Below are positions 15,195 through 24,261 of a DNA stretch of 24,714 nucleotides, in pieces. Location of the stretch: positions 1 to 24,714 of the IMG/VR virus record IMGVR_UViG_3300043748_000025; one strand, 5' to 3'. Both the position numbers and the translations under genes were made by a program. The DNA comes from a virus (taxonomy: Duplodnaviria > Caudoviricetes). Below the pieces are notes generated by a model. The model was not told the origin of the DNA. It searched no databases and saw only the letters and a program-made list of their open reading frames with translations. Position 1 is the stretch's first letter; each line of letters opens with the position of its first letter.

Positions 15195-18100
15195 ATGAGC
15201 GCTCTGCCTCCCGTATTCATCGAGTTTCTCGGCCGGTCTACGGGCTTCATGGCCACGGCCAAGGGTGTCAAGACTGAGCTAGCCACCGTTGAACGCGAGG
15301 GTGGCGGCAGCATGGCGCGAATGGGCGCTGTCTCGAAGGCTGCCCTGCTCGGTATCGGTGTCGCTGCCGGTGTCGCTGCCGTCAAGACAGTGCACATGGC
15401 TGCCGACTTCCAAACGCAGATGACTCGCGTTCGTACCGGCGCCGGAGAATCGGCCCGAAACATGAAGATGGTGGGCGATGGCGTACTAGCCATGGCCGGT
15501 CGAGTCGGACAGTCCACAGAGTCACTGACCAGCGGTCTGTACATGGTGGAGTCCGCCGGATACCACGGCGCAGATGCGCTAAAGGTTCTCGAAACCTCAG
15601 CCAAGGGCGCGAAGGTCGGTGCGGCTGAACTGTCCACCGTGACCGATGCTGTCACCACGGCAATGAACGCCTACAAGATGGGCGCCGGGGACACCACCAC
15701 AGTCATGAACGCGCTGGTGGCCACTGAGTCTGAGGGTAAGACCAACCTGGAAGCTCTCGCTGGCTCGATGTCCGGCATCCTGCCCGTTGCGGCGGCAGCG
15801 CACGTGAAGCTGAACGAGGTTCTAGGCGCCATGGCAACCATGACGTCCCAGGGCACCGACGCGCGCGTTTCGGCTACCTACCTGCGGCAGACGATTGGTC
15901 AGCTCTCCAACCCCAGCGCTAAGGCTGCTGCGACCATGAAGGGTCTCGGTCTCAGCGCTACGAGCGTCGCCCAGGAACTAGGCAAGAAGGGTCTGGCAGC
16001 GACGCTGACCACCCTTACGGACGCCATCAAGAACAAGATGGGCCCGAATGGCACGGTGCTCATCGATACGCTGCAAAAGGCAGCGAGTAAGGGCAAGGAT
16101 TTTCAGTCCGCCCTGAACAAGGCGAGTGGGTCTCAGAAGACCTACATTGGTGCGCTGGCCACCATGGTTGGTGGCACGAAGTCCATGATGGGTGCGCTTC
16201 AGCTAACCGGCGCACACATGGACACGTTCAAGAAGAACGTTGACGGCATCGCAGAGCATGTCCGCAAGGGTGGCAAGGAAGTTGAAGGCTGGGCGGACGT
16301 TCAGAAGACGTTCAATCAGCGCATGGCCGAAGCCAAGGGTGCCATTGAAGCGATCGGCATCAAGATTGGCCAAGCCCTCTTGCCGTACGCCACGAAGATG
16401 ATTGAGTGGCTGGCCACGGGGATCAACTGGATAACCCGCCATCGGACCGCTGTGATTGCCCTGGGCGCTGCCATTGGTGGAGTCCTGGTCATCGGGCTCG
16501 CTGCGGCCGGAGTAGCGGCATGGAACTTCACTGCTGCTCTACTGGCCAACCCGATTACGTGGATCGTTGCCGGTGTCATGCTGCTCGTGGCCGGACTGGT
16601 GCTGCTCGTCATGCATTGGCGGCAGGTCTGGAACTGGATTAAGACCGATATCCCGATTGTGGCCACCCTCTTCCGCGCAACATGGAAGGGAGCGCTAGCC
16701 GCTTTCCATGCGGTCTGGTCGATGACCATGAATGCCGTTCACGGAATCGTGGTCTGGTTCAATCAGAACGTCCTAGCGTGGCTAAAGGCTCGCTTGAAGG
16801 ATCTGACGTCCTGGTGGAAGTCGCACAGCACCGAAATCCGGGGAACCTGGAAATTGCTGTGGGCTGCCGTCAAGAAGGAAGCGCAAGTTGCGTGGGAATT
16901 CTTGAAGGTTGGGCTGGAAGTCCTTAAGGCCGTTTTCATGGCGGCATGGGACCTGATTTCCGGCGCCATCAAGACAGCTTGGGCCATCATCGCTGGCACC
17001 GTGACGACCGGCATGCACCTTGTGCTGAACATCGTTGCTGTCGTTATGGACATCCTGACCGGCCACTGGTCGAAGGCTTGGCAGGACGTCAAGAAGCTAG
17101 CTTCTGACGCATTTCACGACACCGTCAACGGCATCAAGAGCGTGGCCAGTAACTTTGGCTCGATGCTCTACAGCGCCGGTAAGGATCTGATCCTTGGCCT
17201 GATCCATGGTCTAAAGGACATGACCGGGGCTGTCGGTGACGCCATCAGCGGCATCGCTCACGGTGCGGTGAATACGGCGAAGTCCATCCTGGGAATCGCG
17301 TCCCCCTCGAAGGTCTTCCGACAGATCGGTATCTGGGTCAATGAAGGTCTGATCCAGGGTCTGACTGGGTCTACGTCTCGGGTCGAGAGCGCCATCAAGA
17401 CCACGCTGACGAAGCTCATGCAGGCTTACAACGCTGTCGCTGACCAAAAGGGCAAGAAGGGTGTCAGCAACCATTGGGTCACCTCCCACGAGCATGCCAT
17501 CAAGAACCTGGAAGCGTACGTCAAGAAGGAAGGCGCACAGCTAGACAGGCTCGCTAAGCAGCGTGACAGCGTGGCGAAGCGGTTGAAGGATGCTCAGACC
17601 AAGCTGAAGAATCTTCAGAAGGAGTGGACCGACGAGCGAAACAGCATTGCTAGCGGCATCATGCAGGGCGCTTCCGTGGTCATGCAGCCGCAGGCGGACG
17701 GACAGCTTCTCAGCGCTGGTGACGTGCTCGCGAACTACCAGGATCAGGTCAACGCTGCTACGCAGTTCGCAGCGAATCTGAAGACGCTACAGGCGCGCGG
17801 TCTGTCTGCTGACATGATCGAGCAGATTGCGTCCGCTGGTGTCGAGCAGGGCGGAGCCACGGCAACGGCCCTACTGGGTGCGAACGGCAATCAGCTGAAG
17901 CAACTCAACTCCCTACAGGGGCAGATGAAGACCGCTGCTAACAGCACCGGTAAGTCTGTGGCCGATTCCATGTACGGCACGGGCATCAATGCGGCCAAGG
18001 GTCTAATCAAGGGACTTCAGTCCCAGGAAAAGGCCATTGACGCGCAGATGCTGAAGATAGCCAAGAGCATGGAAAAGCAGATTAAGAAGGCTCTGGGTAT

Positions 18101-18407
18101 CCACTCGCCTTCGCGTCTGTTCCATGAAATCGGGCGCTTCATCACTGCCGGTCTGGTCACCGGTCTTGATTCCGGAAACGGCGATGTGCGGAACGCTGCA
18201 ACCCGCATATCTAGCGCTGTCATCCGGGGTACCGACGTTCCCGCGCTGAGTGGCTCCGCTTCGGGTGGCGCCATGATTCAGCACAACGTCCAGATCGTTG
18301 TTCAGGGTTCGGTCCGTAGTGACCGTGACCTACGGGACGTCATTCAGGAAGAGATGTACCGCTACGGCGGACGTAACTCCGTCACGTGGCAGGAATACAA
18401 GCGCTAG
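15195..18407 (+). CDS. Tape measure protein
   Basis: 1070 aa Ala/Gly-rich. TP901-type core (AADFQTQMTRV), ANPITWIV, periodic Trp repeats and two LGI.SPS.(V/L)F motifs. RBS GGGAGG. Confidence 0.95.
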   Translation: MSALPPVFIEFLGRSTGFMATAKGVKTELATVEREGGGSMARMGAVSKAALLGIGVAAGVAAVKTVHMAADFQTQMTRVRTGAGESARNMKMVGDGVLAMAGRVGQSTESLTSGLYMVESAGYHGADALKVLETSAKGAKVGAAELSTVTDAVTTAMNAYKMGAGDTTTVMNALVATESEGKTNLEALAGSMSGILPVAAAAHVKLNEVLGAMATMTSQGTDARVSATYLRQTIGQLSNPSAKAAATMKGLGLSATSVAQELGKKGLAATLTTLTDAIKNKMGPNGTVLIDTLQKAASKGKDFQSALNKASGSQKTYIGALATMVGGTKSMMGALQLTGAHMDTFKKNVDGIAEHVRKGGKEVEGWADVQKTFNQRMAEAKGAIEAIGIKIGQALLPYATKMIEWLATGINWITRHRTAVIALGAAIGGVLVIGLAAAGVAAWNFTAALLANPITWIVAGVMLLVAGLVLLVMHWRQVWNWIKTDIPIVATLFRATWKGALAAFHAVWSMTMNAVHGIVVWFNQNVLAWLKARLKDLTSWWKSHSTEIRGTWKLLWAAVKKEAQVAWEFLKVGLEVLKAVFMAAWDLISGAIKTAWAIIAGTVTTGMHLVLNIVAVVMDILTGHWSKAWQDVKKLASDAFHDTVNGIKSVASNFGSMLYSAGKDLILGLIHGLKDMTGAVGDAISGIAHGAVNTAKSILGIASPSKVFRQIGIWVNEGLIQGLTGSTSRVESAIKTTLTKLMQAYNAVADQKGKKGVSNHWVTSHEHAIKNLEAYVKKEGAQLDRLAKQRDSVAKRLKDAQTKLKNLQKEWTDERNSIASGIMQGASVVMQPQADGQLLSAGDVLANYQDQVNAATQFAANLKTLQARGLSADMIEQIASAGVEQGGATATALLGANGNQLKQLNSLQGQMKTAANSTGKSVADSMYGTGINAAKGLIKGLQSQEKAIDAQMLKIAKSMEKQIKKALGIHSPSRLFHEIGRFITAGLVTGLDSGNGDVRNAATRISSAVIRGTDVPALSGSASGGAMIQHNVQIVVQGSVRSDRDLRDVIQEEMYRYGGRNSVTWQEYKR

Positions 18408-18410
18408 CAG

Positions 18411-18452
18411 GGTGGGGGACCACCTACAGAAATCTGTATGTGGTCCCCTTCC
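18411..18452. promoter_or_regulatory. Conserved 22-bp inverted repeat, copy 5 (core 18421-18442), with extended stem
   Basis: CACCTACAGAAATCTGTATGTG flanked by GGGGGAC / GTCCCCT. Confidence 0.8.
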
Positions 18453-18466
18453 AGTGAGGTGAACGA

Positions 18467-21400
18467 GTGACTATCTCCGCTGTCGGCAGCCTGATTCAGG
18501 CGCGCGGAACGGGCGTTACCACGCTGAGCGCCGGAACCCCGGTTACCGGCAACGTGCTGGTACTGGCCGTACGAGCCTCTTCAGCGTCCGTGAGCGTCAG
18601 CTCTGTCTCTGGTGGCCTGGTGACCACCTGGACGCGCCTAGCGGGCTCTGTGGACGCTCTGACGGGTTCGGACGTCGAACTCTTCATGGGCACGGTGACC
18701 GGCTCCGGCTCGTCCACCATCACTGTCAGCTTCAGTGCTTCGGTAGCCAGCACTTCCACTGAGCTACTGGCCCAGCAATTCCAGTCTTCAATTTCCGGCG
18801 CTTCGTGGGCTGTTGGCTCGCTGGGTGCCGTAACTGACGGGATGGGTACGGCAGTTACCTTCCCGTCGCAGACGAGCACGGCAAGCGCCCTGTACTTCGG
18901 CTACGCCTTCGTGGCCAACACTGCCGCCGCAGGCGCCACTACGGGCTTCACGTACACCGTGACCACAGCGGGGAACCTAGTCACCTACAACCCTGCTGCA
19001 ACCGGCACGGTGGCCCCTACGGCGTCCCAGAGCCCTTCGGGTAACTGGGTGACGGTCGGTGCCTTCCTGGTGGACGTAGCGCCCGTTCCTGCCTCGCTGA
19101 ACGCCAATTACCCCGTGATCGAAGAACTGTGGGGCCCCTCTTGGACTGCTGCCGGGGGTGCGTTCCCTCAGACCCAGTGGACCAACCTTGTTGACCGGAC
19201 GCTGACGCAGGCTTCCAGCCGCAGGGGTAAGCAGTACGAGCTAGACCAGGCGCAGGCAGGCGACTATCAGATCGTCCTAGGCAGTCAGGACGGTGTGCTA
19301 GATCCGACCAATACCGCTGGACCGTTTGGCGGGAAGATCCTGCCTTACCAGCCGTACCGGCGCCGGGCCCAGTGGCCACCTACGGCGAACATCCTGACCC
19401 CGGAACTTGCCACGGCGGGGGAGGGGTACATAGCGGGGAACATCCCTGCATCCTTCAATCTCGTCACTCCCTCTTCGGCCACCATTCCGGGTGTCATTCA
19501 GACGCTCTCCGCCGGTTATGCCTACCAGGGTTCGAACGTCTTCCGCTTCGCCATTCCGGCCAACCCGACTGCCAACTCGGGCGTCTGGCGTTCGGACATC
19601 ATGGCCGTTCGCCCCGGTAAGAAGGTGACGTTTTCGCTGTACCTAGCGAACGGTACGGCTAGCACCACGTCCACCGTGCTGCCCTACATTGCATTCCTGA
19701 ACGCTGACGGAACCACGGTGTGGGGGAACGGGACCACGGTCTCTGTAGTCGGTGTCAGCGGACAGCCCACGTGGTCCCGCGCAACGGTCACGACTACGGC
19801 ACCGACCACGGGCGCTGTCTACGGCATGCGCATTGGGATGAACATCCCTGCTACCGGCATGCAGACCGCAGCGTCTAACACCTACGTTGACGGCATTCAG
19901 GTCGAGTGGGGGAGCACGGCCACGGCGTGGGTTTCGCCCGGCAAGTGGTACCCCATCTTCAGTGGATTCACGGAGCGTTGGCCTACTCAGTGGGTCGACG
20001 GTGGAACCTACGGGCAGGTCAGTCCTACGGCCGTTGACTCGTTCGCGCTGCTCTCGCAGATCACGCTAGATCAGGTCTACCTTCATGAGCTAAAGCAGTA
20101 CTCCCCGAAGTACGTGTACAAGCTCAGCGAGGGTGCGGGCTCTGCCTTCGTCACGGACGCTGTGGGCAACAATCCGCCGGTCTATGCGAAGTACGGTAAG
20201 GCTGGCTCCGGCAACTGGACGTTCGGCAATGCGCAGGCTTCAAACACCAGCGCTGGCACGTGGCTTGGCTCGAATGAGACCGTGCTGAGTGCTCGTCCGT
20301 CCGGTGCGGGCTCCAACTCGGGTGGCCCCGGGACGTACCTGGACTTCAGCGGAGCAGGGCTCTTCGGGCCGGACAACGGAGCCTTCACGCGCACCATCGC
20401 CTTCCGGTACATGGGCGGCAGTGCTCCGACCGGCGCGGCTTTCATCTGGGGGTACTACAGCCAAATTGGCTCCAACTGGGGAGTTGACTGGCTTCAGTCC
20501 GGCGTGGCTCTGATCATCGACACGGACGGACATCTAAAGCTCAAAATCAACATCTTCGGTAGCACGGCCCAATACGTGGACTTCGGCGCGTCCGTGATTG
20601 ATGGGGACTGGCACCACGCCGCTTTCTCCTGCTCGGGCTCGTCCGTAGTGATGTCCATCGACGGTGTCACTTCGCTGGCAACGGTCACCGGGACCATTCA
20701 GATAAGCACGATGAATGACGTCCTGGGCGCGCGGTACAACCCGTACAGCAAGATTACGACGAACACCTTCTATGGTGATCTCGCGTACGCCGCTGAATAC
20801 GAAACCGCCCTAGGTCCCACTCAGTTCGTGAACCTGTACAACGCGTGGAAGACCGCTTGTCAGGGGGAGTCCTCCGGGGCCCGGTACGCGCGCATTCTGC
20901 GTTACGCCGGTTTCGCTGGGGGAGTGAACACGGACACCGGTAACACCACTTCGATGGGCCCAGCAACGGACATCGTTGGTGGCGATGCGATGACAGCGCT
21001 GAGCAACGTGGTTCAGACCGAGAACGGCTCACAGTTCGTGGGCGCTGATGGCTCGATCACGTTCCGCTCTCGTGGCTCGCGCTACAACTCCCTCGCGCCG
21101 GTCTACACGTTCGGCGATGGGGTGGGCGAATACCGGTACGAAGATCTGCAACTGGACTTCGACTCTACGCATCTCTCCAACTCGGTAGCGATGACGCAGC
21201 AGACCACCGGGTCAGTCTTCAGCGCCCAGGACAGCGCGAGTATCGCGAGCTACTTCACGCGCACCCTCACGCGAACTCTGAACACGACCAACGCTCTTGA
21301 GTGTCAGGATGCGTCCGACTACTACGTTTCTCGGTATAAGCAGCCGCTGACGCGCGTGAATTCGATCAAGCTGCACCCCAGCGCGAACCCGTCGCTCTGG

Positions 21401-21916
21401 CCGGTCCTGCTGTCCCTGGAACTGGGGACGCGCATCCGGATCAACCGGCGTCCGCCCGGCGCACCGACCATCACGGTTGACTGCTTTGTTGAGCAGATCA
21501 GTTGGGACATGGACAGCAGTAACGAAGCGTGGGTGACGCTGCAATGCAGCCCGATTGACCCCGTGACGTACGCCGCTTTCGGTGCCTTCCACACCACGCT
21601 GAACACTGCTGCGGCTGCTGGTGCTACGTCCATCACGCTGAACAACGGCGCGGACAACACCAACCCGCTCGCTGCCCAGATACCCAAGGGCGCACAGCTC
21701 TACGTGGGTTGGGGGACTCCGAACCAAGAGTTGGTGACCGTGACCACCGTGGCGACCACGTCTAGCGGCTGGACCACGGCAGCGTGCGGAATCAGCGCCC
21801 TGACCAACTCTCACAGCGCCGGAGAAATCATCTGCGAACCCCTGCCGTCCGGGTACAGCGACCCAACGTATTGGGACGCCACGGAGCAATTCGACAAGAC
21901 CGTTTTTGCGTACTAA
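18467..21916 (+). CDS. Large multidomain minor tail / tail-tip protein with CBM-like and LamG-like domains
   Basis: Follows the tape measure gene. SRRGKQYELD...G...LDPTN hub-like segment, NILTPE...YVDGIQVE CBM-like insert, IDGDWHHAAF LamG-like motif and LSLELGTRIRI...FVEQISW C-terminal tail motif. Confidence 0.8.
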   Translation: MTISAVGSLIQARGTGVTTLSAGTPVTGNVLVLAVRASSASVSVSSVSGGLVTTWTRLAGSVDALTGSDVELFMGTVTGSGSSTITVSFSASVASTSTELLAQQFQSSISGASWAVGSLGAVTDGMGTAVTFPSQTSTASALYFGYAFVANTAAAGATTGFTYTVTTAGNLVTYNPAATGTVAPTASQSPSGNWVTVGAFLVDVAPVPASLNANYPVIEELWGPSWTAAGGAFPQTQWTNLVDRTLTQASSRRGKQYELDQAQAGDYQIVLGSQDGVLDPTNTAGPFGGKILPYQPYRRRAQWPPTANILTPELATAGEGYIAGNIPASFNLVTPSSATIPGVIQTLSAGYAYQGSNVFRFAIPANPTANSGVWRSDIMAVRPGKKVTFSLYLANGTASTTSTVLPYIAFLNADGTTVWGNGTTVSVVGVSGQPTWSRATVTTTAPTTGAVYGMRIGMNIPATGMQTAASNTYVDGIQVEWGSTATAWVSPGKWYPIFSGFTERWPTQWVDGGTYGQVSPTAVDSFALLSQITLDQVYLHELKQYSPKYVYKLSEGAGSAFVTDAVGNNPPVYAKYGKAGSGNWTFGNAQASNTSAGTWLGSNETVLSARPSGAGSNSGGPGTYLDFSGAGLFGPDNGAFTRTIAFRYMGGSAPTGAAFIWGYYSQIGSNWGVDWLQSGVALIIDTDGHLKLKINIFGSTAQYVDFGASVIDGDWHHAAFSCSGSSVVMSIDGVTSLATVTGTIQISTMNDVLGARYNPYSKITTNTFYGDLAYAAEYETALGPTQFVNLYNAWKTACQGESSGARYARILRYAGFAGGVNTDTGNTTSMGPATDIVGGDAMTALSNVVQTENGSQFVGADGSITFRSRGSRYNSLAPVYTFGDGVGEYRYEDLQLDFDSTHLSNSVAMTQQTTGSVFSAQDSASIASYFTRTLTRTLNTTNALECQDASDYYVSRYKQPLTRVNSIKLHPSANPSLWPVLLSLELGTRIRINRRPPGAPTITVDCFVEQISWDMDSSNEAWVTLQCSPIDPVTYAAFGAFHTTLNTAAAAGATSITLNNGADNTNPLAAQIPKGAQLYVGWGTPNQELVTVTTVATTSSGWTTAACGISALTNSHSAGEIICEPLPSGYSDPTYWDATEQFDKTVFAY

Positions 21917-21931
21917 CTGAGGTGAACTCCC

Positions 21932-22471
21932 ATGTCTGGTCTGGCCGTTCCTACGCCGTACACGGCGGTAACCGGCAACTTCCTTACCGGCTCGCTGTGG
22001 AACGCCCAGGTACGTGACGCTGTCTCGTTCCTGATTGATCCGCCCCGGTTTTCCGGCATGTGCACCACGGCCCCAACCCTGACGTCCGGCACGTCGTATG
22101 GCTCCATCACGCTGGACACGGAGCAGTACGACACGGAGGGCGGACACAGCACCACCAGCAACACGAGCCGGTACGTAGCCGCTTACGCAGGGCTCTACCA
22201 GGTTGTCTATTCGGCATCGTTCGCAGGCAACGCCACCGGGTTCCGGTCGGCGCGAATCACTGTGAACGGCTCATCGATTACCGCACCGGGTGCCGTTGTC
22301 GAAATTCCGGCATCCGGTTCGGGCAACTCGCTGGTCATCTGCTCCACCACGTACACGTACCTGGGTGTGGGCGATTACGCCGAAATCCAGGTGTGGCAGA
22401 ACTCCGGCGGAAACCTCAACCTGAACAGCACCAATACGGGCATGTCCTGTACCTGGTACGCGAAGTCATAG
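21932..22471 (+). CDS. Minor tail protein with a C1q/TNF-like beta domain
   Basis: N-terminal LTGSLWNAQVRD anchor and the ITLDTEQYDTEGGH...SRYVA..AGLYQV...L..GDYAEIQVWQNSG pattern. Confidence 0.7.
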   Translation: MSGLAVPTPYTAVTGNFLTGSLWNAQVRDAVSFLIDPPRFSGMCTTAPTLTSGTSYGSITLDTEQYDTEGGHSTTSNTSRYVAAYAGLYQVVYSASFAGNATGFRSARITVNGSSITAPGAVVEIPASGSGNSLVICSTTYTYLGVGDYAEIQVWQNSGGNLNLNSTNTGMSCTWYAKS

Positions 22472-22481
22472 GAGTAGGGAA

Positions 22482-22721
22482 ATGCAGGAATCTACGAGCG
22501 TGAACTACACGCTTACCGGCACCGACACAAACGGGAATGACTTCATCTTCATTCAGTCCCCGTACCTGACCGACGCTTCCGCTCTCGCGCTGGTCGAGAA
22601 CATCCGCGCCTTCGCATGGCCGGAAGAGCTAGCCCCGGTCACGGTCCGTGCGATGAAGGTGAGCGACAGCGCCACCACATGGCAGTGCAACCCGGGCACC
22701 AGTCCGGCAGCCTTCAACTAA
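22482..22721 (+). CDS. Hypothetical protein (79 aa)
   Basis: RBS AGGAG/AGGG; fills the gap between the tail and lysis genes. Confidence 0.7.
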   Translation: MQESTSVNYTLTGTDTNGNDFIFIQSPYLTDASALALVENIRAFAWPEELAPVTVRAMKVSDSATTWQCNPGTSPAAFN

Positions 22722-22736
22722 ACAGGAGAATCTGAA

Positions 22737-23423
22737 ATGGCAGTTCTGGGCGTTGACGTTTCGGGCTACCAGTCCGTCAATTTCTCGACTAAGGGTCTGG
22801 CCTTCGCGTTCGTCAAGGCGACTGAGGGCACCGGGTACGTGAACCCGCGCTATGCCGGACAGGTGGCGACTGCTCGCGCTGCTGGCCTGGTGGTCGGTCA
22901 CTACCACTTCGGCAAGAACGGGGGAGTGGCTGAGGCTGACTATTTCCTCAAGAAGGTTCAGCTACACACCGGGGACATCCTGGCTTTCGACTGGGAGACG
23001 TCCGGCGTAAGTCAGGCTGAGCGGGACGCGTTCATATCGCACGTCAAGGCGAAGGCGCCGGGCCACAAGGTGGTTCTGTACTGCAATGTGGACTACTGGA
23101 CCCACCGGGACAGCGACAACGGCGGACCGGCTGATGGTCTGTGGATCGCTGACCCGAACCACGCTGCGGGGAAGCCCAACATCAAGCACGCGTGGGTGTT
23201 CCACCAGTACAGTTGGGCCGGTGGTATTGACCGGAACGTAGCGAACTTCAAGAACGCTGCTGCGCTGCGGAGTTGGGCGAACCCTGCGCCGGTCAAGAAG
23301 CCCGTTCCCGCCCCTTCCAAGCCTGCTCCGGCCAAGCCTGCGCCTGCTCCGGCAAAGACCATCGAGCAGCGAGTGAGCGCGCTAGAGACTGCCGTCACGG
23401 CACTACAGGCGAAGGTGAAGTAA
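22737..23423 (+). CDS. Endolysin, GH25 muramidase
   Basis: GVDVSGYQ, FVKATEG, GHYHF, DWE catalytic motif, LWIA and HQYS...IDRN; Pro/Ala/Lys linker; RBS AGGAG. Confidence 0.93.
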   Translation: MAVLGVDVSGYQSVNFSTKGLAFAFVKATEGTGYVNPRYAGQVATARAAGLVVGHYHFGKNGGVAEADYFLKKVQLHTGDILAFDWETSGVSQAERDAFISHVKAKAPGHKVVLYCNVDYWTHRDSDNGGPADGLWIADPNHAAGKPNIKHAWVFHQYSWAGGIDRNVANFKNAAALRSWANPAPVKKPVPAPSKPAPAKPAPAPAKTIEQRVSALETAVTALQAKVK

Positions 23424-23492
23424 CGGGCTAGCTGTCGAACCGCTCTCATAACAGGGAGCGGTTCACAGCTCACAGGCGAAGGCACTCCCCAC

Positions 23493-23813
23493 ATGATTGA
23501 CGGAACGAGCATTGCCCCAGGTACGGCGTGGGTCATCGGTGCCATTGGCGCATCGCTGGTTACCGCCGGACCGGCATACATCGCAGCGCGTAAGTCCCGT
23601 GGTGCAGCCCGCGAAGAGGGCGCCCTAACCCGGGACGCTGTCAGCGAGGCAATCGGCGAACTGAACGGGCGGATTGACCAACTGGGTCATGGCCTGCGTT
23701 CGGATATCGCTGAAGTGCGGGACTGGCAGGCAGCGCACACAACCGAGCATGCCGTAGCGGCATTCCAGCATGTAGACCCACATCCGCGCCTAGAGCGCAG
23801 GAATCAGGAGTAG
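23493..23813 (+). CDS. Single-TM membrane protein with coiled coil (lysis-cassette accessory)
   Basis: N-terminal hydrophobic helix followed by a heptad-like region; located between endolysin and the holin-like gene. Confidence 0.65.
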   Translation: MIDGTSIAPGTAWVIGAIGASLVTAGPAYIAARKSRGAAREEGALTRDAVSEAIGELNGRIDQLGHGLRSDIAEVRDWQAAHTTEHAVAAFQHVDPHPRLERRNQE

Positions 23814-23818
23814 AGCGA

Positions 23819-24181
23819 ATGGCCATTTCCGGCAAGGTAACTGCGTCCACCGTTGCGGCCGCAGGTACAACCATCGTGGCTGGCATCATCGCGCCCCACG
23901 TGTTCCAGCACAGCGTTCCCAGCGACGTGCGCGGCCTGATCGAGGGTGGCGTGACTGCTGTCATCACCTTCGTGTCCGGCTATCTCGCACGCCACGGCAT
24001 CGCCTACGAGAAGCTCGCTGCGGACACGGCGGAGGTTGCTGCGGATCTGGGCGTGCCGTTCATGGCGCTGTCCGACGTGACCGAAGAGAAGCCCGCCCCT
24101 GACATGGTGGCGGAGCCTGCTCCGGTCGCCGCTGTCCCTGCCGCCCCGGTCGCTGAGGCTCAGTCCAGCGTCGGTGTCTGA
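23819..24181 (+). CDS. Putative holin (two TM helices, acidic Pro/Ala tail)
   Basis: KVTASTVAAA...VP...ITFVSGYLA pattern typical of actinophage holins; position in the lysis cassette. Confidence 0.7.
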   Translation: MAISGKVTASTVAAAGTTIVAGIIAPHVFQHSVPSDVRGLIEGGVTAVITFVSGYLARHGIAYEKLAADTAEVAADLGVPFMALSDVTEEKPAPDMVAEPAPVAAVPAAPVAEAQSSVGV

Positions 24182-24190
24182 TCAACCTTT

Positions 24191-24226
24191 CGCCCCTCTT
24201 CCTGGCCTGCGCTGGGAAGGGGGGCG
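24191..24226 (+). terminator. Long stem-loop after the lysis cassette
   Basis: CGCCCCTCTTCCTGGC-CTGC-GCTGGGAAGGGGGGCG, a 16-bp stem with G-U pairs. Confidence 0.65.
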
Positions 24227-24261
24227 TTCGAGTCGCTCCCTGTATTCCGAAGGAGGGACTC

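Noticed and set aside
21212-22147. 311-aa minus-strand ORF, and similar ones at 7722-8363, 14489-15025, 15086-15658 and 1976-2476
   Set aside because: These are antisense shadows of well-supported + strand genes, expected in high-GC DNA, with no recognisable motifs.
23283-23355. Repetitive CCTGCTCCGGC-type sequence as a DNA repeat element
   Set aside because: It is explained by the Pro/Ala/Lys linker codons of the endolysin.
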